Shown piece after piece: positions 53,788-64,000 of a DNA stretch of 64,000 nucleotides. This DNA is from Epiperipatus broadwayi. Lineage: Eukaryota; Animalia; Onychophora. The stretch covers positions 16,058,001 to 16,122,000 of the forward strand of contig JAQFVV010000005.1 in the NCBI GenBank assembly GCA_028023455.1, in the 5' to 3' direction. Below the pieces are notes generated by a model. That model did no database searches, was not told the origin of the DNA, and worked only from the letters and a program-made list of their open reading frames with translations. The translations under genes and the position numbers were made by a program. The number at the start of each line of letters is the position of its first letter. Within the stretch, counting starts at the first letter, position 1.

Positions 53788-54245
53788 TAATATATAGGGT
53801 ATATGAGCACAGACTTTCACACGACCCACCACTCTCCACACTATCTCATAACATTGATACACTTAAAAACATATATATGTTGAAAAGATAAATAATCACC
53901 AATAGAAGTATTTCATGCTAAACCAGCAATCATCAGTTAGTCCAGATTATCCTCTCTACACATATATGCTATAAGTGCTCAGATATATATTAAGATAGCC
54001 AAACGTCATACTTTAATGGCGCTTCAATCTACTCCACACTCCAACTTTTCAACCGTCCATCCAATTGAAAATCTGATGATGGAACGCTCGGGGATTATTT
54101 ATCTTTTCAACAGATATGTGTTCAAGTGTATCAGTGTTATGAGATAGTGTGGAGAGTGGTGGGTCGTGTGAAAGTCTGTGCTCATATACCCTATATATTA
54201 CATATATAGACACGGGTATATAATAAGCTTGTGTTTCAGATATTT
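53788..54245. mobile_element. HHR family 2 copy B with fold-back
   Basis: Arms 53788-53900 and 54091-54200 are reverse complements. The interior matches 34121-34421. Confidence 0.85.
53898..53941 (-). ncRNA. Hammerhead motif family 2, core intact, helix III degraded
   Basis: Reverse complement actaa CTGATGA t TGCT ggttt AGCA t GAAA tacttc TA ttggt. Confidence 0.6.
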
Positions 54246-54299
54246 ATTAAATAAGATATTTCAAAAAACTTGTATCTCTTTTCTGTGTGATTGTAATAT

Positions 54300-55036
54300 T
54301 AGTAATATAAATGTTCGGGCGTTTATACAGAAAAGGTACCCATATAATTTTTTGTCTAAACACTTTTATTCATCTTAGCATATTTTCAATATATTCATAG
54401 CTCATTCATTATGTAAATTCATTTAAATTTGTTGTTTCATTATTCAGAAATATTTAAATTTCTTCATAGTGGCCACTTTTTCTACAGGGGGGTGCTAGTC
54501 TCCTTTTTGTTTATGGCAAATCGATTTTTAGCTATTGTCCTAGCCTCTTTAACCGTTCGTTTTCTATCTTCTCTTTTAGTACACACACTTTCAAATTTCG
54601 TTGATCGGATTTATGGCCCTGCACTAATATTTGTATAACAGAGCCATGAAAAGCTCCTAATATTTCTCTCTATTTATAGATCATTAGCAACAGCAAGGCC
54701 ATAAATTAAATCTGACAAAAGCTAAAATTGTGTGCACCAAAAGAGAAGACAGAAAATGAAAGAAAGAGACTTGGACGATAGCTAAAAATCGATTTGTCAT
54801 AAACAAAAAAGAGATTAGCACCCCCCTATCGAATTAGTGGCCACTATAAAGAAACTGAACTATTTCTGAATAATGAAACAACTAATTTAAGTGAATTTAA
54901 ATAATGAATAAAGAAATAAATGAGCTATGAATATGATATGTAATATATTGAAAATATGCTAAGATTAATAAAAGTGTTTAGACAAAAAATATATAATTAC
55001 TTTTTCTGTATAAATGTCCAAACATTTATATTACTA
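54300..55036. mobile_element. Head-to-head fold-back of a PLE GIY-YIG C-terminus plus 3' UTR (320-340-bp arms)
   Basis: 54300-54618 versus 54697-55036. Plus arm reads GHKLNLTKAKIVCTKREDRK*KKETWTIAKNRFVINKK, same family as 35950-36330. Confidence 0.8.
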
Positions 55037-55519
55037 GTATAAATAAATTTTCGTAAAATAAATACAAAAATACATCTACAGTTTAAAATATCAAATTATA
55101 GTATAGTCTTTTAAAAAAGAATATTCAAATGTTTTTATTTATTGCTCATTAATTCATAAAATATTTAGCTTAGAACCCACTCTACTGCCACATGAATCCA
55201 AACAGATCATACTTTTCAACAAAACATATATATATATTTAATGGTATTTAATTGTTGCTGTTTGTGTATATGTGGTTATATAGCAATAATTATGTATTGA
55301 ATTTAAGATTTAATCTGCTGAAAATTATATATGCATATTATATTTGTATGTATTATTTATTCTGTATATTGTTATGGTATATAATCAACTCTTTGAAATT
55401 ATATTGGATCTCTATATGAAGGTTTTATTGTATTTTATTTTGTTATTGTTGTTATTTTACTTTCATTATAGAATACTAGATGGTGTCCTGTCTGCAATAA
55501 TTGGTTAATTGAATGTAAA

Positions 55520-55822
55520 TGTTTGAAAACAGAAAGGGTACATATAATGAAGTTATGGAAGAATAAATATGAAAAAAGTGATTATACCAAAAATGAATTA
55601 TTGGTTTTTATGCTGGGTTTAGGAAAAGATAAAGGGGATTTAGATATACAGGTTATAGAATTGACAAAGATTATGTTGTGGAAATGGGATGGAGCAGAAT
55701 ATGGGAAAATTTAGAGTGGGGAATGGAAAATAAAGTGGCTAACAGGTTTATCTGGGCATAATTGCTGAGATATTCTTGACTTCGTTTAAGGAGAAGCCAC
55801 AGTACATCACATCACATCACAT
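55520..55822 (+). mobile_element. LINE 3' end with (ACATC)n tail, copy 4
   Basis: Matches 1195-1487 and the reverse complement of 6541-6782. Tail at 55804-55822. Confidence 0.75.
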
Positions 55823-57751
55823 AACATTATAAAAGATGATTAACATTTGAAAAGGACACAAAATCATGTGCTGAAAAAGGCTTTTAATGTACAATTATTA
55901 ATAATATATATATAATATAACTGTTGTATATGATTTTTATTGTTATAATTTATATTTGTATTATGTTAAAATCAAAAATTAATTTATATTATAAGGATTT
56001 TTATTCTACTTTGCTGATTTATATATTTCTACATTTTTTCATAATAATTTCATATTGTAATATAAATATTAGTTTTAAGTTTTATCAATAGAGGACCATA
56101 ATAATTAAACGTATATTTCTGATGAGATTTAAAGACAAAATCAGAATAATAAATATTAACTTTTTTTAAAGCCAAGTAATGTAATTAAATGAAGACTAAC
56201 TTTGCAAAATTTAATTTTTCATGTAAGTGGTCTTCAGTTTGAATAATGTTTGTGGCAAAATATAATTGTTTTATCATAATTATTATTAAAATTAATTAAA
56301 AATATAAGTAAAAGAATGTTAAAATAATATAAATTTATTAAAAGGAAAAAAAAAGTACTTTTATACTAGTAGAATAATGTAAGACTTTTTCGTGTTTTTA
56401 GGTCATAAATTTAAATCGTTCTAAAAACAGCATCTATTTAAATCTATATTATTATACAAATGTGAAAGTTTATTTGTTTACTTTATAACTCAACAATTAT
56501 TACATCAATCTTGATTAATCTTGCATGATTTTTTTTCTTTTTTCATGAAGAATTTTTACAGCCTACAAAAATTGATACTTAATTGTTTAAAAAAAAAAAA
56601 AACACTTGTAATTTGCAATATAAAAATACATCGAAATTGGAATCATTTTTAAATTATATTATAAAAATGTCAAACCAGGGAGATTACAGTTGTTAGAAAA
56701 CTTTTGAAATGAAAAATATAGTTTTTGGTAAAGAGAGGTATTTCATAAATATACTTTAAATTAATTAAATTGTCTTTGCACTATGTATTTAATTTTTCAT
56801 TTGAATAATGATCATTGTAGTCAATTATATTAATAAATTTGATAAATGTTTAGGATTTCAGTTTAAATATACTTAATACACGACAAAATAAATTTTAAAA
56901 TGGTGCAATATAGCAAAAGAAAAACAAATAATAAAAATTGTCATTATGATCAACTTTAATTATTAAATACAGTTCATAAAGTTTTTGATAAAGTGAGATA
57001 AAATTTGATTTCATAAACACATATTTTGAATTAGTTAAATTGCAATTGTACCACATATTTCATTTCTCATTAAAATTATTTCCTCTGCATAAATAATGCT
57101 TTTCTTATAATTAATCTTAATGTTTTATTATGACAAAGTTTCACATTCATGTAGTAATATAGATTAATAAATTGCCATTGACATGGTGTTGTCTAAGTGT
57201 TGACTGGTTTTGATGATTACTTATAAATCCAGTTAGCCTTGAGCATTATTACACATTATTAATTAATACTTTGGTTGCAATTTGAAAATTATAATTGCTG
57301 TTTGTAACGTTTTAAGTAAATATTTATTAGTGTGCATTCAGAACAGGTTATATTTACCTATTTAAGGAGGTTTATTTACACCTCTTTGTATCAACAATTT
57401 CAATACCAGTGGTCAAGTTGGAACCTTTAGTACCTATGTATATTGGATCATAAATAAAGGTGTGATTCCATCTTTACTGTTAAAGGTTTCCATGGCAACA
57501 ATTTGAGATTGTTGATAGTTAATGATATGAGATTGTCTAAGTGTTGACTGATTTTAATGATTAATTAATTTATATCTGTAGCATGTATTTAATTTCTCAT
57601 TTGATTAAAGAAGACTGTGATCTGTTATACTAATAAATTTTAGGATTTCAGTTTAAATATATTTAATACAAGAAAAAATTACATTGTAGCTTCTGATCAG
57701 TTAAACTACTCAATTTTTTCAATTTTTACAATACTCTCAATGTGATAAAGT

Positions 57752-57870
57752 TTGGCACAGGGTGGCACTACTGTATGGAGAGTTTTGCCTTTGTTTACAA
57801 CAATTATGTGCTAGTATAGAGATGGTGATCATGTGATATTTAGTGGTTTAATGTGATAAAGTATGTTTAA
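57752..57870 (+). mobile_element. HHR family 1 tail fragment (another at 59065-59112)
   Basis: gtggcactactgtatggagagttttgcc...atggtgatcatgtgat. Confidence 0.7.
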
Positions 57871-60645
57871 AATGGCATTGAATTTTTGTTCACACTCCAG
57901 TTAGTAATAAATTGAATATGTAGTACATTTCATAAAGAATATTTATCTTTAAAATAACATTTATTTTAGTAATATTTTAAAACAACCTTGCCTTCAAATA
58001 AACATTTGAATTGAACACCATATAAATATGTAATCTACTGATATTGTTTTCTTATAGAGTATCAAAATGACATGAACAAGGAAGATCTATCTTGCACATT
58101 ATTCATTTAAGAAATGAGCACTGCAATTACTGGGAACTATAGAAACAGCAACTGATACAGAGCATCAAGAGCATGAGCAGACTCGGCAATCGAAACCATT
58201 CATGTGACAGTATGTTCTATATCTTAACCCATAATGCATAATGAAACAAACACTTTAACATTAAATTTTGCTTTTAAATTGAGCAAAGCTACTACTGAAA
58301 AATTGGAATTATTCAAATAGGGTATGGAAAATGAAGCTATTATTAGACACAAAAATGTTTCAAGTGGTTTGCAGATTTTGTGATGAAGGGAGAGCAGTGA
58401 AAATGATCCACAAATATATCAAATTTACTGTGATATTTTATCCCAGAATTCATGATCCATGCATGCTAATATCTTACAATTTTTGTGGTGAATAACTAAA
58501 GTATGTTATTACACAACATAGACATTGATTCAAAGATGGCTCTTTAGGAAGAAGTAAATATAAAAGCTGTTGGAACAGCTAATTATACTGTGTTATATTC
58601 TTTTATTTTATTAATGTGAGTGAAATCACATGAACAGCTAGTATAATTATAAAAATAAAATACACTTTATATCCGTTAAATAAGAACTTGTTTCAAATAA
58701 ACAAAAACAATCTCGAAACAAAAAATATATATAATATAAACAAGCACTGCCATTTGTGTAATTTGAGTTCTGCAACTTAACTTTGGATTATAAACCTCTT
58801 AATGTTGATAATTCCTGATATATAAATGAATGCTAAAATATACATGCACTAATGCTCAATTAAAATTATATACTGTAAAATTGCAATACAAATATTCATG
58901 TACAAAACATTCAAATGCAATCCAAGCAGAATCATGATTACCATCCCCTATGCATACACAAGGTGCTATAACCAAGGTAAAACTCTTTATGCAATAATGC
59001 CATCCAGTGCAAGTCACATTAATCAATGGATTCAAGAAGGCAAGCTTTTTTGCATCTATTGAGTATTCTAGCTTGTATTGAGTGGCACTACAGTATGGAG
59101 AGTTTTCCCTCTGTAAAATCATGATAGACAAAATTTTACTCAAAATACACTTTATGTTAACATGGAATTAGCTAAAAACAATTAAAAATTGATTGAATTT
59201 ACAATTAAAATTTATTGTTACATATGTAGGTAAATAAATAATTTAGCAATGTATATAGCTGTAATCTTGTAAAAGCAAATTAATCTTCACATGCGTACAT
59301 GCGTACACATAAATTTAATCTAATAGCGCATGTGTGAAAATTAATGTTACATATATGGACAATTTAAAATATTTTTAAAAAAAATCAAAATCATTGAACT
59401 TGATAGCCAAATATTAGGTTATAATTACAAAGATTTATCAATTCATGCAATGTTGTAAAGAGCCTATGTAAAACCTTCTTAAAAAACAATATAAAACATA
59501 CGAAAATTTAAGATTTAATCATCTATATATAGATAATGCAAAATCATATCACAGTAATCTATAAAACAAGTTTTAATCTGAGATTTCTCAATCTTCAGTC
59601 AGTGATGCAAGACTTGATCTTAATTTAAAACTGTAATAAAAACGACTAGCGTTAATTGTTTAAAGAAAATTCTCATCTCATTAGGATTTAATAAAAGAAA
59701 GAAGATAGAAAATCAGAAAAGTGATATTTATTTATACAAATAGATTTTTAAGCTAGAAACTTTGCAGATCATAGGATTCCATGAATAAAATAATGTATTC
59801 TTTTTTTTTTTGTTTTAACTTTGACTTTTATTATTGTTATTGTTTCTTATTACAATTTTGATTGTCTACCCATATCCTCATAGTTTGGAACCATTTTTAA
59901 TTAAAAAATATCTTTTTTTTCTAATTAAAAGTTTAAAACAAAAAAAAAAAACCCCTTATAGATCTTAACTTATACAGTTTTTTTTTTTGGGAGTAAATTC
60001 TATTTTTTTTTCTTTTACAGTTCTGCCATCTATTATAAGCTTGACTAACTAATAAATGCTAATTTTTAGCATCTATTAATTACCCAGTCTTACTATAGGC
60101 AATAGAAGTGAAATAGAAAAAAATAATAGATGGATGGGTGTTTCAAAAGAAGACTTATAGGAAATAACAATAAAAAGTATTGTAGATTTACGTAGAAAAA
60201 ATACATTATTTTATTACATATAAAATTGTTGCAAATAAAACAAAATATTTAATAGGATCTGTAAATGTTCTCTTCATTTAAAAGATAATGAGTCATTGTG
60301 TTAATTCTATAGATTGAGTTGTCATTCGTTAAAATAAACTCAAATCTAAGAATATAAAAATAATTAAATATTTAATAAATGAATTTTCACATTTTTAATC
60401 TACTTTTTTTCTTTTTCTTTTTTAAAAAAAAAAAAAACATTTAACATTTTCACTTGCCTGCTTTAAGATATTTAAAAGTTTATATTATTCCACGTTTTTA
60501 GGGATTTTTTTTATCAGTCTCGTCCTCATGTCAACTTCATTATATTTTTAACCATCTATCAATGCAGAAGACAAAATCATCTCTTTTCACTATTTAAGTA
60601 TTTTTCAAAAAAAACAAACAAACTTGTGATTATCTGGTGATTAGA

Positions 60646-61060
60646 TTAATCAAACTTTTGAACCTCCATGCTACATTGAGAGCTTAATATTTCTTCATTA
60701 CACCACACTCCTTTATATAACTTTTTTCTTTGATCAGAAATGAACATAACATTACATTGTAAATAATACTGAAGTTTATTTAAAAGAATATGCTCTATTG
60801 TCCAAAAGTTCAGATTAGATAGTAGTGGCTTCCAATCATACCCACTTTTATGAAATGACAATAAGAAATAAAGCGAGTCAAAAGTCTTCAAAATGCCCAT
60901 CTTTTCTAAATCTTTTTCAGCATTAAAAAAGTTCTTTATTGCAACCAAAAAGATATTTACGACAACCATCTGATTACTAATAAAAGATATTCAGTCATTA
61001 TGTGATATGGACGGCATGATATGATATAGTAATATAGTGGCAAACACAAGCTTAAGGTTT
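60646..61060 (-). pseudogene. Mab-21/cGAS-like (cGLR) nucleotidyltransferase C-terminal remnant, frameshifted
   Basis: DGCRKYL (from 60970) joins ORF 60646-60969 by removing one T: ..AIKNFF..ILKT..GYDW..HILLNKLQYYLQC..LYKG. This matches the Mab-21 motif order GCRK..LK..KT..DW..ILLQL..CLQC..LFQG recalled from MAB21L1. Confidence 0.45.
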
Positions 61061-61503
61061 GTGAATTGTGGATACAGCTAGCATTTCTGGAGTTCAAAAT
61101 TCCTATGAATTCCTAGACAACAAACCATTTGATTATTTTACTGTGTAATCTTCTAGTGAAAAAATCAACATCATCATCAGAATATTAAACTACCATTTTA
61201 AAAAGCACAAGCTGAATAAATCTAAATAAGTACCATCTAATCATTTTATAAATTAATTTATTGGTATGTCAAAGTTCTTTTAATTAACAATAAGATTTAA
61301 AACATGAGCAAGCTCTGATACACAAATTATCTTAAGCGTTAAATCTGCCAATTACTGGGTAATTTGCATAAAGATGAGAAACTTTATCTTTAAAATAGGC
61401 AAACCTCTCCATATAGTAGTGCCACTCAGTGCAAGCCAGAGTAATCAATGGATGCCAGAAGGATTGTGCATAAAATCCCTATCTAGTGCATACTCATCCA
61501 ATA

Positions 61504-61545
61504 TTTCCAGACTAGTTTCTGGCTTGTGACTTTCATCAGTGAGGA
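61504..61545 (-). ncRNA. Type I hammerhead motif family 1, intact core, weak helix I
   Basis: Reverse complement tcctca CTGATGA aagtcacaagcca GAAA cta GTC tggaaa. Confidence 0.7.
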
Positions 61546-62160
61546 GCCTTGGATCTGAGAGCATTGCACCTAGATCTTAGGATCTAATGCAACCCTCCAG
61601 TAGCCATCTTTTATCTCTACTTAACTGCAAAACTATAAGTTTAAAATTGAAACAATAATATTTTCAATCTAAGCTCAACCGCTTATATAGTCATATAGGT
61701 TTGAAATCAGTTTAGTACCTATACATTTTGGTGTCTTTGCTTCTTTAATAGCCATAGCACTACTATATGGAGAGTTTTGCCTGTTTTAATAACAGTTATG
61801 AGGAAGCATATGGAATGGTGATCATATAATGTTTAATGGTTTAATATCAATCCTGCTAATAGGATAGTAGTGGCTATGGTTATTAAAGAACTGAAAACAC
61901 CAAAATATATGGGTACTGAACTGAGTTCAGACCTATATGACAATATAAGCTATTGAACTTGGATTGAAAATATTATTGTTTTTCAATTTTAAACTCATAG
62001 TTTTGTAGTTATATAGAGATAAAAGGTGGCTGCTAGAGGATTGCATTAAGTCATAAGATCTAGGTGCAGTGCTCTCAGATCCAAGGCTCTTATAAAAGGT
62101 GGCTGCTAGAGGGTTGCATTAGATACTAAGATCTAGGTGCAGCACTCTCAGATCCAAGAC

Positions 62161-62202
62161 TCCTTACTGACAAAAGCCACAAGCTAGAAAGTAGTCTGGG
62201 GA
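62161..62202 (+). ncRNA. Type I hammerhead motif family 1 (G8>A)
   Basis: tcctta CTGACAA a agc cacaa gct a GAAA gta GTC tgggga. Confidence 0.6.
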
Positions 62203-63099
62203 TATTGGATGAGTAGGTACTAGATAGGGATTTTACACACAAGCCTTCTGGCATCCATTGATTACTCTGGCTTGCACTGAGTGGTACTAATATATGGAGA
62301 GTTTTGCCTGTTTTAATAACAGTTATGAGCAAGCATAAGAAATGGTGATCATGTGATGTTTAATGGTTTAAAACTTAATCTTTGTATATAAAAAAATCAG
62401 CATATGAATTTACTTGTATGATTAAAATTTCAAAAATTTGCTCTTTTTATTTTATTTTTTATATAAATATTTGCTTTTAATAAACCATTTGTAACTTCGT
62501 ATTTGCCCTCTAGGATAATTCATTTTCATGATGACACGCGATCAGAAGATATGATGTGAAGTAAATTAAGAAAAGTTTCAGAATAAATTTAAGTAAAATC
62601 AGAGTAATATTTAAAAGGTTTGTTTTGCAAAGAGATATTGCGATGAAGAGAAGTGGGAGAAAAAAATGGAGATTTATATTTACTTAGGCATTTTCTGTTA
62701 GTTTTTAATCTTTCTTTACAAACATAAATAAGAGTTTGATCGGCTTGTTGAAACAATGGTATATATATATACGTGATAGAGAATTTAAGATTAATACTCT
62801 ATAGATCTACTAAAGGTACTAAAAATATTGAAACTTTAAAATCAAACGAGTGACCATTAAAACATGTAAATATAATATTTTAACTTGTGTTTCAAATATC
62901 CAACTCACCTCATTTAAAAATACATATATCTGGAATATTTTTCGCAAGAAGACAACTTAGGATGTATAAACTAACGTTTATGGACTTTGGTTGTTTTAAG
63001 TATTTCTTAGAATAAAGCATCTGAATAAAAATTATATTTCAAGAATACTAATGGAATGATTGTTTTAAGTATTTCTTAGAATAGATATCTGAAATTCAA

Positions 63100-63960
63100 C
63101 AAGAGCTTGCACAAATATCACACTTGAATTGTATTATTGAACAGGAAGACACACTAAAAAATATAAAAATTTTAGACCTATATGTACAAAGAGACAACAA
63201 ACATCTCAACTATAAAATGATAGTTAAGCCCTTACAGATTAGAGATGTGATTCACTCTCAATTGCTTATTCTTACTGTCCATAAATTGGCAGGTTTTAAG
63301 GGCTTTCTATACAGAAATTTCTCAATATGTACATATGAAGCCACAAAATAAATATAGAAAGAGTATACCAAAGACCTGTGTGAAATAGAATACAGACAAA
63401 AATATTTCCTCAACACTATCAAAAAGTTTTATTATAATATTAGACACAAACCACCATAGCCTGATGCAAGACCTTGGATTAGTTTACCATATATTTCAGG
63501 ATTATCATATAATCTTTACAATATTTGATCAGACACATATAAGATTAGTTTCAGGATCCCTTATTTTCTAAATCAACTCATAAACACAAAGAACAGGTTA
63601 CCCTCAGAACAAATCTCACAGATCGTTTATATTTGGTTTGCAATACAGTTTACTTTGGGGAGTCATGGTCAAATATTGAAATTAGAATAGTACAGCATAC
63701 ATACCCAATATAACCATGTTAAGGTCAACTCTGACATTAAATCAATATTTTTGAAGCATGAAATCAAGAGTGGCCACTCCTTTGATCTAACAAAACTTAG
63801 TACCATATGTTCCAAATAAAATGATAAAAAGCACCAGTTTAAAGAAGCATGACATATTTCTAGCAATGCCCATGCTTTTAATAAAAAAATCTTGCATTCC
63901 CCTATCAAAAAATGGTCTATTTAAATTATGTCATTTACATGTACATCTTATTTGAATATC
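63100..63960 (+). mobile_element. Penelope-like element fossil (RT C-terminal region plus GIY-YIG)
   Basis: IEQEDTLKNIKILDLYVQ..IHSQL..HKLAGFKGFL; tggattagtttaccatat (WISLPY); tactttggggag (YFGE). Confidence 0.75.
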
Positions 63961-64000
63961 ACCTCACATACTTCAGGATAAATAAGACCACCTTCAATAG

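Larger units (their letters stand above)
61400..62375. mobile_element. About 1-kb head-to-head fold-back of HHR family 1 including a putative PLE ORF end
   Basis: 61400-61765 (-) versus 61862-62310 (+), with an internal tandem duplication of about 72 bp (about 62020-62160). Plus arm reads VAMVIKELKTPKYMGTELSSDLY, resembling PLE C-termini. Confidence 0.8.

Noticed and set aside
56112-56160. CTGATGA gattt..aaatc aGAAT
   Set aside because: GAAT rather than GAAA, no valid helix III, single copy, AT-rich; likely chance.
59281-59345. Short imperfect hairpin ttcacatgcg...cgcatgtgtgaa as a Helitron 3' end
   Set aside because: No CTRR terminus at the expected distance and no other Helitron evidence.

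Overview
This is very AT-rich, CpG-depleted eukaryotic (most likely arthropod or other invertebrate) intronic/intergenic DNA. I can support no intact host protein-coding gene, and nearly all listed ORFs are chance frames or transposon fossils. The window is dominated by decayed Penelope-like retroelements (PLEs; RT plus GIY-YIG endonuclease remnants at about 10 loci). It also holds LINE fossils, a Gypsy gag-protease fossil, mariner-type DNA elements and tRNA-derived SINEs. The main signal is two independent repeat families carrying type I hammerhead ribozyme (HHR) motifs with palindromic minimal helix III. One is PLE-3'-end-like with five readable copies; the other is linked to a tRNA-like Pol III cassette. 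Both are repeatedly inserted as head-to-head fold-backs with 3' ends pointing outward. A frameshifted Mab-21/cGAS-like (cGLR) nucleotidyltransferase C-terminal remnant lies at about 60.6-61.1 kb. All protein-family calls are motif recognition by eye, not database hits, and boundaries of old fossils are approximate.
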